From: an uncultured Bdellovibrionales bacterium
Lineage (GTDB): Bacteria; Patescibacteriota; Minisyncoccia; Moranbacterales; UBA1568
Length of the DNA stretch: 64,000 nucleotides
NCBI GenBank assembly: GCA_964543815.1
Contig: CAZIZG010000003.1
Span: forward strand, 17,833 to 81,832
Reading direction: 5' to 3'
Below the pieces are notes generated by a model. It was not told the DNA's origin. It saw nothing but the letters and a program-made list of their open reading frames with translations, and searched no databases. The translations under genes and the position numbers were made by a program. Shown one piece after another: positions 56,817-64,000 of this stretch. Within the stretch, counting starts at the first letter, position 1; every line of letters starts with the position of its first letter.

Positions 56817-57353
56817 TCAAAACAGCCACCAGACAATTCCAAAGAAAACTGTCGCGAGAAGCACGAGTTCAAACGCCAGTTTGAGATTGGGTTTCAGATA
56901 CTGCTCCTCAAGCCAGTAGGGATTACCATGCTGCGCTGCTACTACCCGCTGCTCCTCACGATTGCGAAAGTACCGCTTGGGACTATACGACGCAAGCGTA
57001 AAGTAGCCACGGGAGAACGGGTGAAGCCACTGAATCCCCCAACCGCCATCGAGCGTGTCATGGATAAAATGAGCGAGCGTCCCCATCCCCCACACGAGAC
57101 CATAGGCCGGATAGAAACTCCCGATAAGGAGAGCGCCGCCGACACCGACAATAAGCGGGAGATGAAACAAATCACGATGCTCGTGAGCAAACTGGTTGGA
57201 ACGAAAACGGTTTCGGATGAGCCATACGATAAAGTCTATGTCCGGCGCCAAGGTCGCGAACACCGCAAAGAGCATGAGCACTACCATATCGCCACCACTC
57301 CCGAGTGCCACAAAAAATCCGATGACCAGTCCTACCGCAATATCGATATACAT
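56817..57353 (-). CDS. Membrane-bound metal-dependent hydrolase (YdjM/DUF457-like), second copy
   Basis: 178 aa, ...FATLAPDIDFIVW...HEHRDLFHLP...HFIHDTLDGGWG... Confidence 0.55.
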   Translation of the reverse strand: MYIDIAVGLVIGFFVALGSGGDMVVLMLFAVFATLAPDIDFIVWLIRNRFRSNQFAHEHRDLFHLPLIVGVGGALLIGSFYPAYGLVWGMGTLAHFIHDTLDGGWGIQWLHPFSRGYFTLASYSPKRYFRNREEQRVVAAQHGNPYWLEEQYLKPNLKLAFELVLLATVFFGIVWWLF

Positions 57354-57362
57354 AGAAAAATA

Positions 57363-58967
57363 TTACACTGATGCGAGACCAAGTTTTTTGAGCCGGGAAC
57401 GGATAGCGCCCGGTTTTCGTCCGAGCTTTTCCGCCATCTCTTTCATTTGCTTGCCTCGCTCAAACATTTTTTTGAGCTTTGCTTCCTCATCGGCCGTCCA
57501 TGCTCGATAGGCCTGAGGATGTATGGCTCGTATCTCGCCGAAAGCCTCTGCTGATTCCTCGTTCTTCTTCGTTTTTTTTCTCTTCGGTTCCTTCTTTGCT
57601 TTTTTCTCCTTGCCACCACAGATCACGATAAAGTTGTGTTCCATCTCGGCGATACGTTCCGGGGTGAGACGGGCGTAATCCTCTTCGGCCCGTTCGGATG
57701 CTGCCCGCAAACGAATATCTTCTTCAAGCACTACTGGGTGCACCTCGAAAGCTCGAGCGTTGACCCCAAGGAGATGAACACCGGAAAGTGTGCGTACCCG
57801 AGAGAGCGCCACATAGCCCTGACCGTATTCAAACGTCTGCGAAAGATCCATCACCGCCGCATCAAGCGACACCCCCTGACTCTTATGAATAGTCATCGCC
57901 CAGGCAAGACGAAGCGGTATCTGAGTAATTTTGGCAAACACCTCATCTCCTTCGGCGATAGTCCACTCCATTGGCTCGGTCTCTACCTTCAATCCGTCGG
58001 TAGTCCGAACGATGGGATATTTTTTGTCTGCCGTAAATCCGATGACAGTGCCGAGCGTTCCGTTGACATAACCGGCACCGGGATTGTTTTTGGTAAACAT
58101 GACCGCCGCTCCTACTTTGAGCTCGAGCCGCTCTGGTGAGAGACAGCCACGCACGAGAGCACTGGTGAGTGCCTCTGGACCACGGAGCGCCATCGTATAG
58201 GCATGCGTTTTGCCAGACAACTTCTTCAATTCAGCATTGTTCAAACTATCGACGTTGGCATTGTGAGCATAGAGTCTGGTCATGTCGTCCGGTGCTTCCG
58301 ATGGTTCGACGATTCGGTCCCGGACCGTTTCAAAATGACTCTCATCAAATTCGTTGCGTCGGATAGCAGAAAGAACGCCGAGAAATATCTCATCCTCCTG
58401 ACGATGCTGCTCGGTGAGATAGCACACTGTCGGCCGAAGAGCACTCCAGACTTCGGATTCAAACGCAAATTCGACCGGTCCCTTTTCTTTCCCCTGGACC
58501 GGTGGCAACTGAAAGAAGTCCCCGACCAACACCACCTGTAATCCTCCGAACGGTAGCTGCGTTCGCCGCACCCGCCGACACACCCGCTCCACCATCATGA
58601 GCACTCGCCCATCGAGCATCGAGACCTCATCAATGATCAGTACCTTGGCCCGTTTGATTCGTTTACTGACATACCCGTTTTCGGCGATGTGCTTGAGTGA
58701 CTCATCATCAAGCGACGACTGCACCCCGATACCGCTCCACGAATGAATAGTCATGCCGTGGATATGGGTAGCAGCGATGCCGGTCGACGCTGTCACAGCA
58801 AAGTCTATCTCGTGTTCACGGAGATAGTCGGTATAGGCACGGATGGTGTGGGTCTTGCCGGAACCGGCCTCCCCGGTCAAAAACACGTGGGCACCGGTCT
58901 TCAAAATAGCGAGGGCTTGGTCTTGGGTCATATTCCCCATCCTACCATCCCCCATCCCTCGGAGCAA
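57363..58967 (-). CDS. ATP-dependent DNA helicase, Pif1/RecD-like, with a C-terminal basic HTH tail
   Basis: 534 aa with Walker A GEAGSGKTH, Walker B LIIDEVSM and a helicase C-terminal region. Ends with a KK-rich segment and a sigma-70 region-4-like helix. Confidence 0.75.
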   Translation of the reverse strand: MLRGMGDGRMGNMTQDQALAILKTGAHVFLTGEAGSGKTHTIRAYTDYLREHEIDFAVTASTGIAATHIHGMTIHSWSGIGVQSSLDDESLKHIAENGYVSKRIKRAKVLIIDEVSMLDGRVLMMVERVCRRVRRTQLPFGGLQVVLVGDFFQLPPVQGKEKGPVEFAFESEVWSALRPTVCYLTEQHRQEDEIFLGVLSAIRRNEFDESHFETVRDRIVEPSEAPDDMTRLYAHNANVDSLNNAELKKLSGKTHAYTMALRGPEALTSALVRGCLSPERLELKVGAAVMFTKNNPGAGYVNGTLGTVIGFTADKKYPIVRTTDGLKVETEPMEWTIAEGDEVFAKITQIPLRLAWAMTIHKSQGVSLDAAVMDLSQTFEYGQGYVALSRVRTLSGVHLLGVNARAFEVHPVVLEEDIRLRAASERAEEDYARLTPERIAEMEHNFIVICGGKEKKAKKEPKRKKTKKNEESAEAFGEIRAIHPQAYRAWTADEEAKLKKMFERGKQMKEMAEKLGRKPGAIRSRLKKLGLASV

Positions 58968-58981
58968 AAACCCTCTCAGGG

Positions 58982-59668
58982 TTACAGCACATCAATGATA
59001 CGGAGTGCCCGTTCCGTGAAAACATAGAGTTTGGCAGGACGACTCGGACCATCGCGCCGCACTTTTCCTGTCTCCTTTACCAATTGAATTTCGTGTATCT
59101 TTTTACGAAAGTTTCTTTTATCAAGCGTTCTCCCCAAAAGAATTTCGTACAGTGATTGCAATTCCGACAGAGTAAATTCTTTCGGCATAAGTCCAAAGGC
59201 GATATTGGAGTACCCTAATTTGCTCACGAGACGCTTGCGACCGAAACGCACTATCTCGGCGTGATCAAAAGCAAGCTTCGGGAGATGATCAACGTCTTTC
59301 CAACCAATGTCCGCATAGTACTCTGTCACTTTAGGCAGAAACATATCATCTCGAACCAAAGCAAAGTAGGCCACCGATACACTCCGGCTACGCACGTCCC
59401 GATTGGGTTCACCAAAGGTAGCGAGTTGTTCTAGGTACATACCGTCCACCCCGGCCTTTTCCGAAAGCACCCGGAGTGCCGCCTCTTCAAGAGACTCATC
59501 CACGCGCACCAATCCACCAGGAAGTGCCCACATATCAGCGTAGGCATCGCCGGCAATCTTTACGAGTAGCACCTTGAGCTTACCGTGACTGACCGTAAAG
59601 ATGAGGGTGTCAACCGCCACTTTGATATGAGCAGACTGCTTCTTTTTTGATAATTTTGAGCGAACCAT
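58982..59668 (-). CDS. nrtR: Nudix hydrolase with a C-terminal winged-helix domain (NrtR-like regulator of NAD metabolism)
   Basis: 228 aa with Nudix box ALPGGLVRVDESLEEAALRVLSEKAGV and a C-terminal wHTH-like domain. Last gene of the pnuC-nadR operon. Confidence 0.55.
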   Translation of the reverse strand: MVRSKLSKKKQSAHIKVAVDTLIFTVSHGKLKVLLVKIAGDAYADMWALPGGLVRVDESLEEAALRVLSEKAGVDGMYLEQLATFGEPNRDVRSRSVSVAYFALVRDDMFLPKVTEYYADIGWKDVDHLPKLAFDHAEIVRFGRKRLVSKLGYSNIAFGLMPKEFTLSELQSLYEILLGRTLDKRNFRKKIHEIQLVKETGKVRRDGPSRPAKLYVFTERALRIIDVL

Positions 59669-59683
59669 AGAGTTTGTTCTTTT

Positions 59684-60724
59684 CTAACTTAGCTGTTCCC
59701 TCCTCATAGTGTCAATTATACACCCGAAAGATTCTTCTCGTGGGAAACGCTGGAACACGTCACTCCCCGATACGAGCAGACGTTCACACGCTCGAACAGC
59801 TTGAGCCAAGCGTTCTTCCGGCGTCCCAGAAACAACCAGGTGCGGAATATCTTCTGTGGTCAAAAGTTCCTGAAAACGCTTCTGCATCGTATGGCGGATA
59901 TATTCTCCATCACGCATGCCATCATCGACAAACGGTATCTCATCCCCCGTAAGAATCACCAGATCATAGCGTCGGCCCTTGGCGACCTGATCAACCTCGG
60001 CGCTCAGAGTTCCCCGATACCGCTCATGCCACAAACGAGTAGCCCAGGCATTGGTGTCACAAAAGAGCACTTTGTTCGCCAAACGCGCATAGGCATCTTC
60101 GACACGATTCTGAGTGTTGGCGATAAAGACAAACTCGTCACTCTGCCAGGCCGTTTGTGATGGCAGCTTTCCTTCGCTGTAGAGTCGTCCAAATTCGGGC
60201 ACCCACACGGTCTCGAAGTATTCTGCCAAGGACCGAGAAAGTGTCGTCGTCCCAGTTGATTCAGCTCCCACCAGAGCCACTCGCCGAACTAGGGCCGCTC
60301 GAGCACTCGCTCCCAAGTACTGCCACGACGTGTAGGGATTTTCACGAATACGAGTACCAGAAATGGGAACTTCGTGACGCTCCCGATCTACGAGTATGTG
60401 CTCCGCACCTAAATAACGAGCATAGGCATCGCCATAGTCCTCAGAAGTAAAGACTCGGTCCGGAGCATATCCCAGAAAATTTATCGTGTACTCCGCCCAA
60501 CGCTTGGAGTTATCATCATCCATGATGTCACGCATGACTCGCACCTCGATATCGGGAAACATCTCCCGAATCCATACTGCCCGCTCTGCCCCAGTAAAGG
60601 ACTGATCAGACCGATCACAGACGATGACAGTCAGCTGGTCCGACTGCTCCCGTGCGACAGATATGAGATAGGCATGTCCAGCATGAAAGGGATAAAACTT
60701 ACCAATAACCAATCCGCGCTTCAT
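59684..60724 (-). CDS. nadR: Bifunctional NMN adenylyltransferase / ribosylnicotinamide kinase NadR
   Basis: MKRGLVIGKFYPFHAGHAYLI (HxGH nucleotidyltransferase) and GAESTGTTTLSRSLA (P-loop kinase). The start at 60724 overlaps the pnuC stop (ATGA). The longer track ORF includes out-of-frame upstream sequence. Confidence 0.8.
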   Translation of the reverse strand: MKRGLVIGKFYPFHAGHAYLISVAREQSDQLTVIVCDRSDQSFTGAERAVWIREMFPDIEVRVMRDIMDDDNSKRWAEYTINFLGYAPDRVFTSEDYGDAYARYLGAEHILVDRERHEVPISGTRIRENPYTSWQYLGASARAALVRRVALVGAESTGTTTLSRSLAEYFETVWVPEFGRLYSEGKLPSQTAWQSDEFVFIANTQNRVEDAYARLANKVLFCDTNAWATRLWHERYRGTLSAEVDQVAKGRRYDLVILTGDEIPFVDDGMRDGEYIRHTMQKRFQELLTTEDIPHLVVSGTPEERLAQAVRACERLLVSGSDVFQRFPREESFGCIIDTMRREQLS

Positions 60725-61425
60725 AAGACAGCCACCTCCTCTCTCTTTGTTCCCTTGATTCCCGAGATAGCCTGTTTCTTCCATTCGGCATGCCAACGGT
60801 AAAGCCCGCTGAGAGCCAAAAGAAGAAAAATCGCGTAGAGCACAGAGACAAACTTTACCTCCTTCGTGTAGTAGAGCCACACTCCGATGATATCGACCAC
60901 AATCCAGAGATACCAATTTTCCAATCGTTGACGAACCAGAAGAATCTGTGCGATGAAACTCGCCACCGTCGTAAAGGCATCGAGATAGGGAAATGATGCT
61001 GCCTCTGGAAACCATAGTGGAAACAACACGTGTATCCGAGCGATGAACGCGCCGAGGATAATTGTCCCCACAATAAGGACAAAGGTCCATCGTATATTTT
61101 CATATTTTGTATTATGACTGATGGTCTCCTGCGTCGGAGATTTCCCCTGCTCTTTCTTGAGACGAAGCCACATCCACCAGCCCCAAAAGCCAGTGACAAA
61201 GTAATAGATCTGTTCGAGAAAATCAGAGTACAGACGAATCTGATAAAAGAGCACCGCAAACAGTATCACCGCCCCGATGCCGATGGGCCAGTTCCAAATA
61301 CTTTTTCTGGCGCACAGCCACACGGTTATGAGATTGAGAATCGTACCACAAAACTCGAGGTAGCTCATGGGATAGTCCCAGAGCGTAAAGAAAACATTGT
61401 TGATATCGAAGAATGAAGCAATCAT
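60721..61425 (-). CDS. pnuC: Nicotinamide riboside transporter PnuC
   Basis: 234 aa polytopic protein with a W-rich N-terminus (...GWWMWLRLKKEQ...) typical of PnuC. Confidence 0.75.
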   Translation of the reverse strand: MIASFFDINNVFFTLWDYPMSYLEFCGTILNLITVWLCARKSIWNWPIGIGAVILFAVLFYQIRLYSDFLEQIYYFVTGFWGWWMWLRLKKEQGKSPTQETISHNTKYENIRWTFVLIVGTIILGAFIARIHVLFPLWFPEAASFPYLDAFTTVASFIAQILLVRQRLENWYLWIVVDIIGVWLYYTKEVKFVSVLYAIFLLLALSGLYRWHAEWKKQAISGIKGTKREEVAVL

Positions 61426-61468
61426 ACTTTTGTTCGTTTAACCAAATTAATCCCCCCCCGCTATTTAT

Positions 61469-61481
61469 TGTATATATTACA
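61469..61481. promoter_or_regulatory. Palindromic box TGTATATATTACA upstream of pnuC (candidate NrtR operator, site 1)
   Basis: TGTA-tatat-TACA palindrome 44 nt upstream of the pnuC ATG. It repeats (13 of 13 with one change) at 61532..61544. Confidence 0.4.
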
Positions 61482-61531
61482 CTAATTACCCGATAGAAAA
61501 CGCGTCGACCACGCGTTCTTTCATTACTTAG

Positions 61532-61544
61532 TGTCTATATTACA
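61532..61544. promoter_or_regulatory. Second copy of the box (TGTCTATATTACA, within the TAGTGT-ctatatt-ACACTA palindrome)
   Basis: Direct repeat of site 1 with an extended inverted repeat TAGTGT...ACACTA. Lies between the PurM-like terminator and the pnuC promoter region. Confidence 0.4.
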
Positions 61545-61571
61545 CTATATTAAAATCCTGTCAAGACTTCC

Positions 61572-61613
61572 TAAAAGAAAAAACGGATGAACGTTCGTAA
61601 ACATTCATCCGTT
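61572..61613 (-). terminator. Rho-independent terminator of the PurM-like gene
   Basis: AACGGATGAA-cgttcgtaaaca-TTCATCCGTT. On the minus strand it is followed by UUUUCUUUU. Confidence 0.65.
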
Positions 61614-61630
61614 ATAGCAGCGCCCGGCTG

Positions 61631-62764
61631 CTACGGGTAAATCACCCGGGTGCCGTCGAAGCGCGAGGTGAGCCCGACCGTATAGCCCCGATAGGGCACG
61701 ATACGTCCCGCCACCCGCATATCGACCTCACACAGTTTGGCGAGCTCCTGAACCAAGCTGAGCTCTGGTTCATCAATCACGATAAGTGCTCCCTGGCCGC
61801 CGTTCCAGGTCTCGTAGCACTGCTCCGAATTCATGCCGCGCCATTCGGCACACTGGCGCATGATGAACGGCGGATCGAACAAGTTGTCGAGTTCTGCCGT
61901 CAGACCGAGACGGTGCAGCACGCTCCCGAACTTGCCCTTGAAGGCACCCCCCGAGAGATGTGTCACCAGATGGAGCCGGACCGTAGGCCGGAGCAGCGGG
62001 TCGAACCAACCATGGAGGCGGTTGAGCATGCGGTCATACTGGACGGAAGGGACAGCACAGCGCAGGATGGCATCGGTCGCCTTGGTGTTCTTCCACCACT
62101 CGTCCCCGAATTCCTTGGCGAGCGCCTTGCGCACCGAACTGATACCGTTGCTCCGGAAGGTATCGCCGAACACCACGATGATCTGGCCCGGCTTCACGCT
62201 GTCACCAAGGATCATCTTGTCAGGATGGTAGACACCGGTCATCGAGCCGCCCCAGTTGAAGCGCACCAATGCGTCCGGGTTTTCCGAACCGACACAGACG
62301 CCGAGTTCGGCCGTCTCGCCGGTGAGCAGCACGTACTTGTGCTGATCAGCCAGTTCTGCAAGGCCAATCATGATCTCCTGACAATGCCGGTAGGTTTCAG
62401 AACCAACCTCACCAAGAGAGCTGACATCGAAGATGTTCTGGAACACGAGCGGCAGACCGCCGTAGCGCGTGATGTCCATGGCACACATGGCCACCACGTC
62501 GTTCGCGGCATCGCCATAGGTACGAGCAGCATCGATGAGCACCACTTTGGTGCCGATGCCGTCCATGGCACCGGTGAGCAGACACTCGTCCGGCAAATCA
62601 ACCGGTCGCCAGCCACGCGGCCCTCGGAAATCACCCCTGGACAGATCGGTGACCTGCACAAAGCGTGAATTGCCATAACTCTCCCGGCACAGCTGCCCGA
62701 CGAAAGCACTGAAGGCATCGCCGGCAGGAATGTTGACGCCGTCTTGCTTGTAGAGATCAGTCAC
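61631..62764 (-). CDS. AIR synthase-related protein (PurM-like), high GC
   Basis: AAGGAG RBS, then GTG at 62764. VTDLYKQDGVNIPAGDAF...GAMDGIGTKV...ETAEL matches the PurM N-domain pattern (YKDAGVDIDAG...DGVGTKL). 377 aa. Confidence 0.6.
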   Translation of the reverse strand: MTDLYKQDGVNIPAGDAFSAFVGQLCRESYGNSRFVQVTDLSRGDFRGPRGWRPVDLPDECLLTGAMDGIGTKVVLIDAARTYGDAANDVVAMCAMDITRYGGLPLVFQNIFDVSSLGEVGSETYRHCQEIMIGLAELADQHKYVLLTGETAELGVCVGSENPDALVRFNWGGSMTGVYHPDKMILGDSVKPGQIIVVFGDTFRSNGISSVRKALAKEFGDEWWKNTKATDAILRCAVPSVQYDRMLNRLHGWFDPLLRPTVRLHLVTHLSGGAFKGKFGSVLHRLGLTAELDNLFDPPFIMRQCAEWRGMNSEQCYETWNGGQGALIVIDEPELSLVQELAKLCEVDMRVAGRIVPYRGYTVGLTSRFDGTRVIYP

Positions 62765-62904
62765 GGTTGGCTCCTTGTGTGACAACGCTTGGAAAATCTG
62801 CCAAGCCAGAAAAAAACCACTTTCTTGTTTTTTTAATGAACGTTTCAGTATGCCCTGACCTGCCTTTTTTGTAAAGTTACCGGTCACTTTTCATCATCCT
62901 CACC

Positions 62905-62948
62905 ACTGAAAATCAAAAACCCACCGAAAGCGGGATCCGCTTGGTGGG
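62905..62948 (-). terminator. Rho-independent terminator after gene 62951..63211
   Basis: CCCACC(g)AAGCGG-atc-CCGCTTtcGGTGGG. On the minus strand it is followed by UUUUUGAUUUUC. Confidence 0.5.
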
Positions 62949-62950
62949 TA

Positions 62951-63211
62951 TCAGTGCTGCGAGAAAGTGCCGGCGCTCAGGGCGTGCGCCGAAGTTTCGA
63001 TGCCGTTGAACGGAGCGGTCCGGACATGGTGCCCGGACCAGCCATATTCGGCCATGAACGCAATCTTGCACAGCTCTTCAGCTCGAGCCCGAATCTCGGG
63101 TCCCGTGAGGGGCCGCTCGAAGTGAACCACCGTACACGTGTGATCGGGCTGGCCATCTCTCATGGCCATGAGCGAATAGCCCGCGGCCGTAAATCTTTCA
63201 TCCATCATCAT
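62951..63211 (-). CDS. Hypothetical protein (about 85 aa)
   Basis: GAGGAG RBS, then MMMDERFTAAGYSLMAMRDGQPDHTCTVVHFERPL... High GC. The long overlapping ORF 62951..63613 is an Arg-rich frame artefact upstream of this start. Confidence 0.4.
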   Translation of the reverse strand: MMMDERFTAAGYSLMAMRDGQPDHTCTVVHFERPLTGPEIRARAEELCKIAFMAEYGWSGHHVRTAPFNGIETSAHALSAGTFSQH

Positions 63212-63221
63212 CTCCTCTCGA

Positions 63222-63701
63222 CTACTCGAGCCAGTGCGCCACTGCGAGCAGGGATTCGATGTTGGGGTTAGTGCGCAAGTGCCAGCGCTGATCCTTGAGA
63301 ACCGCCGGATTGAACTGGTGCATGCGGATGGCCACCACCACGGCAATCGCCTCGTTCCACAACCGATTCGGACACGACGACGCGTAGGCGAGGTAGAAAT
63401 CGTAGGCATGGACCGCCACCGCCGTACTGGCGCCATCGCCCATCCAACGACTGCTCGTGAGCCTGTCATGCGACAGAAGCCAGTGCAGCTGAGCCCCGGC
63501 TTGACGCTGAAACTCGCTGGTAATTTCCGGAGTGAGCGGCGCTGTGCGAAAGCCCAAGACGGGAGCGCCGTTCTTGGCCATGACCGTACACCAGCCATCG
63601 ACCTCATCGTCAAACAGACTGGCTGCCTTGCCGAGATCGATCACACGACTGGTCGTCCGTACGATGCGGGCCAAGTATTCACCATTCGCCGGAATAGACA
63701 T
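63222..63701 (-). CDS. Hypothetical protein (159 aa)
   Basis: GGGGG RBS, then MSIPANGEYLARIVRTTSRVIDLGKAASLFDDEVDGW... High GC. No known motif. Confidence 0.4.
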   Translation of the reverse strand: MSIPANGEYLARIVRTTSRVIDLGKAASLFDDEVDGWCTVMAKNGAPVLGFRTAPLTPEITSEFQRQAGAQLHWLLSHDRLTSSRWMGDGASTAVAVHAYDFYLAYASSCPNRLWNEAIAVVVAIRMHQFNPAVLKDQRWHLRTNPNIESLLAVAHWLE

Positions 63702-63872
63702 GGGATTCCCCCTTTCGAAGAGAATTGAAGAACTCGCCCTTGCATGGAAGGACCACGTACCATACCACACCCTCCCCTTTCTGTCCACCCTACACTCCGC
63801 CCCATACTCAACTTACTTTATTTCCCCTCTTTCCTAATTCCTCACTTTTTCACGGTCGTAAGAAAGTGAGGA

Positions 63873-63906
63873 GAAAGAAAAAAGCCGAAGGGGTATTTCC
63901 TTCGGC
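63873..63906 (-). terminator. Rho-independent terminator
   Basis: GCCGAAGG-ggtattt-CCTTCGGC. On the minus strand it is followed by UUUUUUCUUUCU. Confidence 0.6.
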
Positions 63907-63937
63907 GAGGTTACTCATCTGTCAGAGATCGCTGGCA

Positions 63938-64000
63938 TCACGGATAGCGCATGGCTTGAAACGCCTGAAGCGACACGCCCGTCAGCCGCTCGACGATACG
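63938..64000 (-). CDS. 3' end of a gene entering from beyond the window (...RIVERLTGVSLQAFQAMRYP*)
   Basis: The reading frame is open to the window edge on the minus strand. The stop at 63938 is followed by a terminator. Confidence 0.3.
   Translation of the reverse strand, partial: RIVERLTGVSLQAFQAMRYP

Noticed and set aside
62951-63613. 220-aa minus-strand ORF
   Set aside because: Only its last 85 codons (from the MMMDERF start with GAGGAG RBS) look protein-like. The upstream part is an Arg/Ser/Thr-rich alternate frame of gene 63222..63701.
1-64000. CRISPR arrays, rRNA genes, transposase or integrase genes
   Set aside because: None found. The only exact repeat is the 56-bp pair at 44402 and 45161; no spaced short repeats typical of CRISPR. 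No transposase or integrase-like ORF was recognised, so the islands' mobility mechanism is not evident in this window.

Overview
This window has a moderate-GC backbone (about 45-50 % GC) that looks like a Candidate Phyla Radiation (CPR/Patescibacteria)-type genome. It carries many short, tightly packed genes, almost all on the minus strand. Recognisable backbone content, in order: a dcw (division/cell-wall) cluster (mraZ with GTGGG operator repeats, rsmH, ftsL-like, ftsI, MurF-like ligase); pepA; bcp; rarA; xth; three radical-SAM/tRNA-rRNA modification genes (miaB-like, capA, rlmN); a Gram-positive-style type IV pilus locus (pilO-pilN-pilM, three prepilin-like proteins including two very large ones, pilC, with the GspE/PilB ATPase encoded separately); uvrA plus a short uvrC; a cold-shock gene; and a pnuC-nadR-nrtR NAD-salvage operon with candidate palindromic operators. 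The window is strongly mosaic in composition. High-GC islands (60-65 % GC) carry proteobacterial-style small accessory genes: orphan cheW and cheY, pspC, TspO, DUF1905, DUF2892, DUF1398, DUF1428, GFA, an ANT-like nucleotidyltransferase, a Pro/Ala-rich lipoprotein, a PurM-like protein, and two paralogous unknown genes each followed by a strong terminator. A low-GC island (about 33 % GC) carries a compact Type III restriction-modification operon ordered AbrB-like regulator, mod, two unknown two-transmembrane proteins, res. The two unknown membrane proteins sit between mod and res with gaps of only 4-11 nt. I consider this the best candidate for an undescribed defence module. Two divergent GIY-YIG (UPF0213) small nuclease genes sit at island borders. 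Other points of interest: a 56-bp terminator-bearing direct repeat present twice; a frameshifted gene; several small RBS-supported ORFs missed by the 60-aa cutoff; and two long non-coding stretches that may hold structured RNAs. No CRISPR array, rRNA or convincing tRNA was seen. All calls rest on reading the supplied ORF translations and the sequence by eye; no database search was possible.
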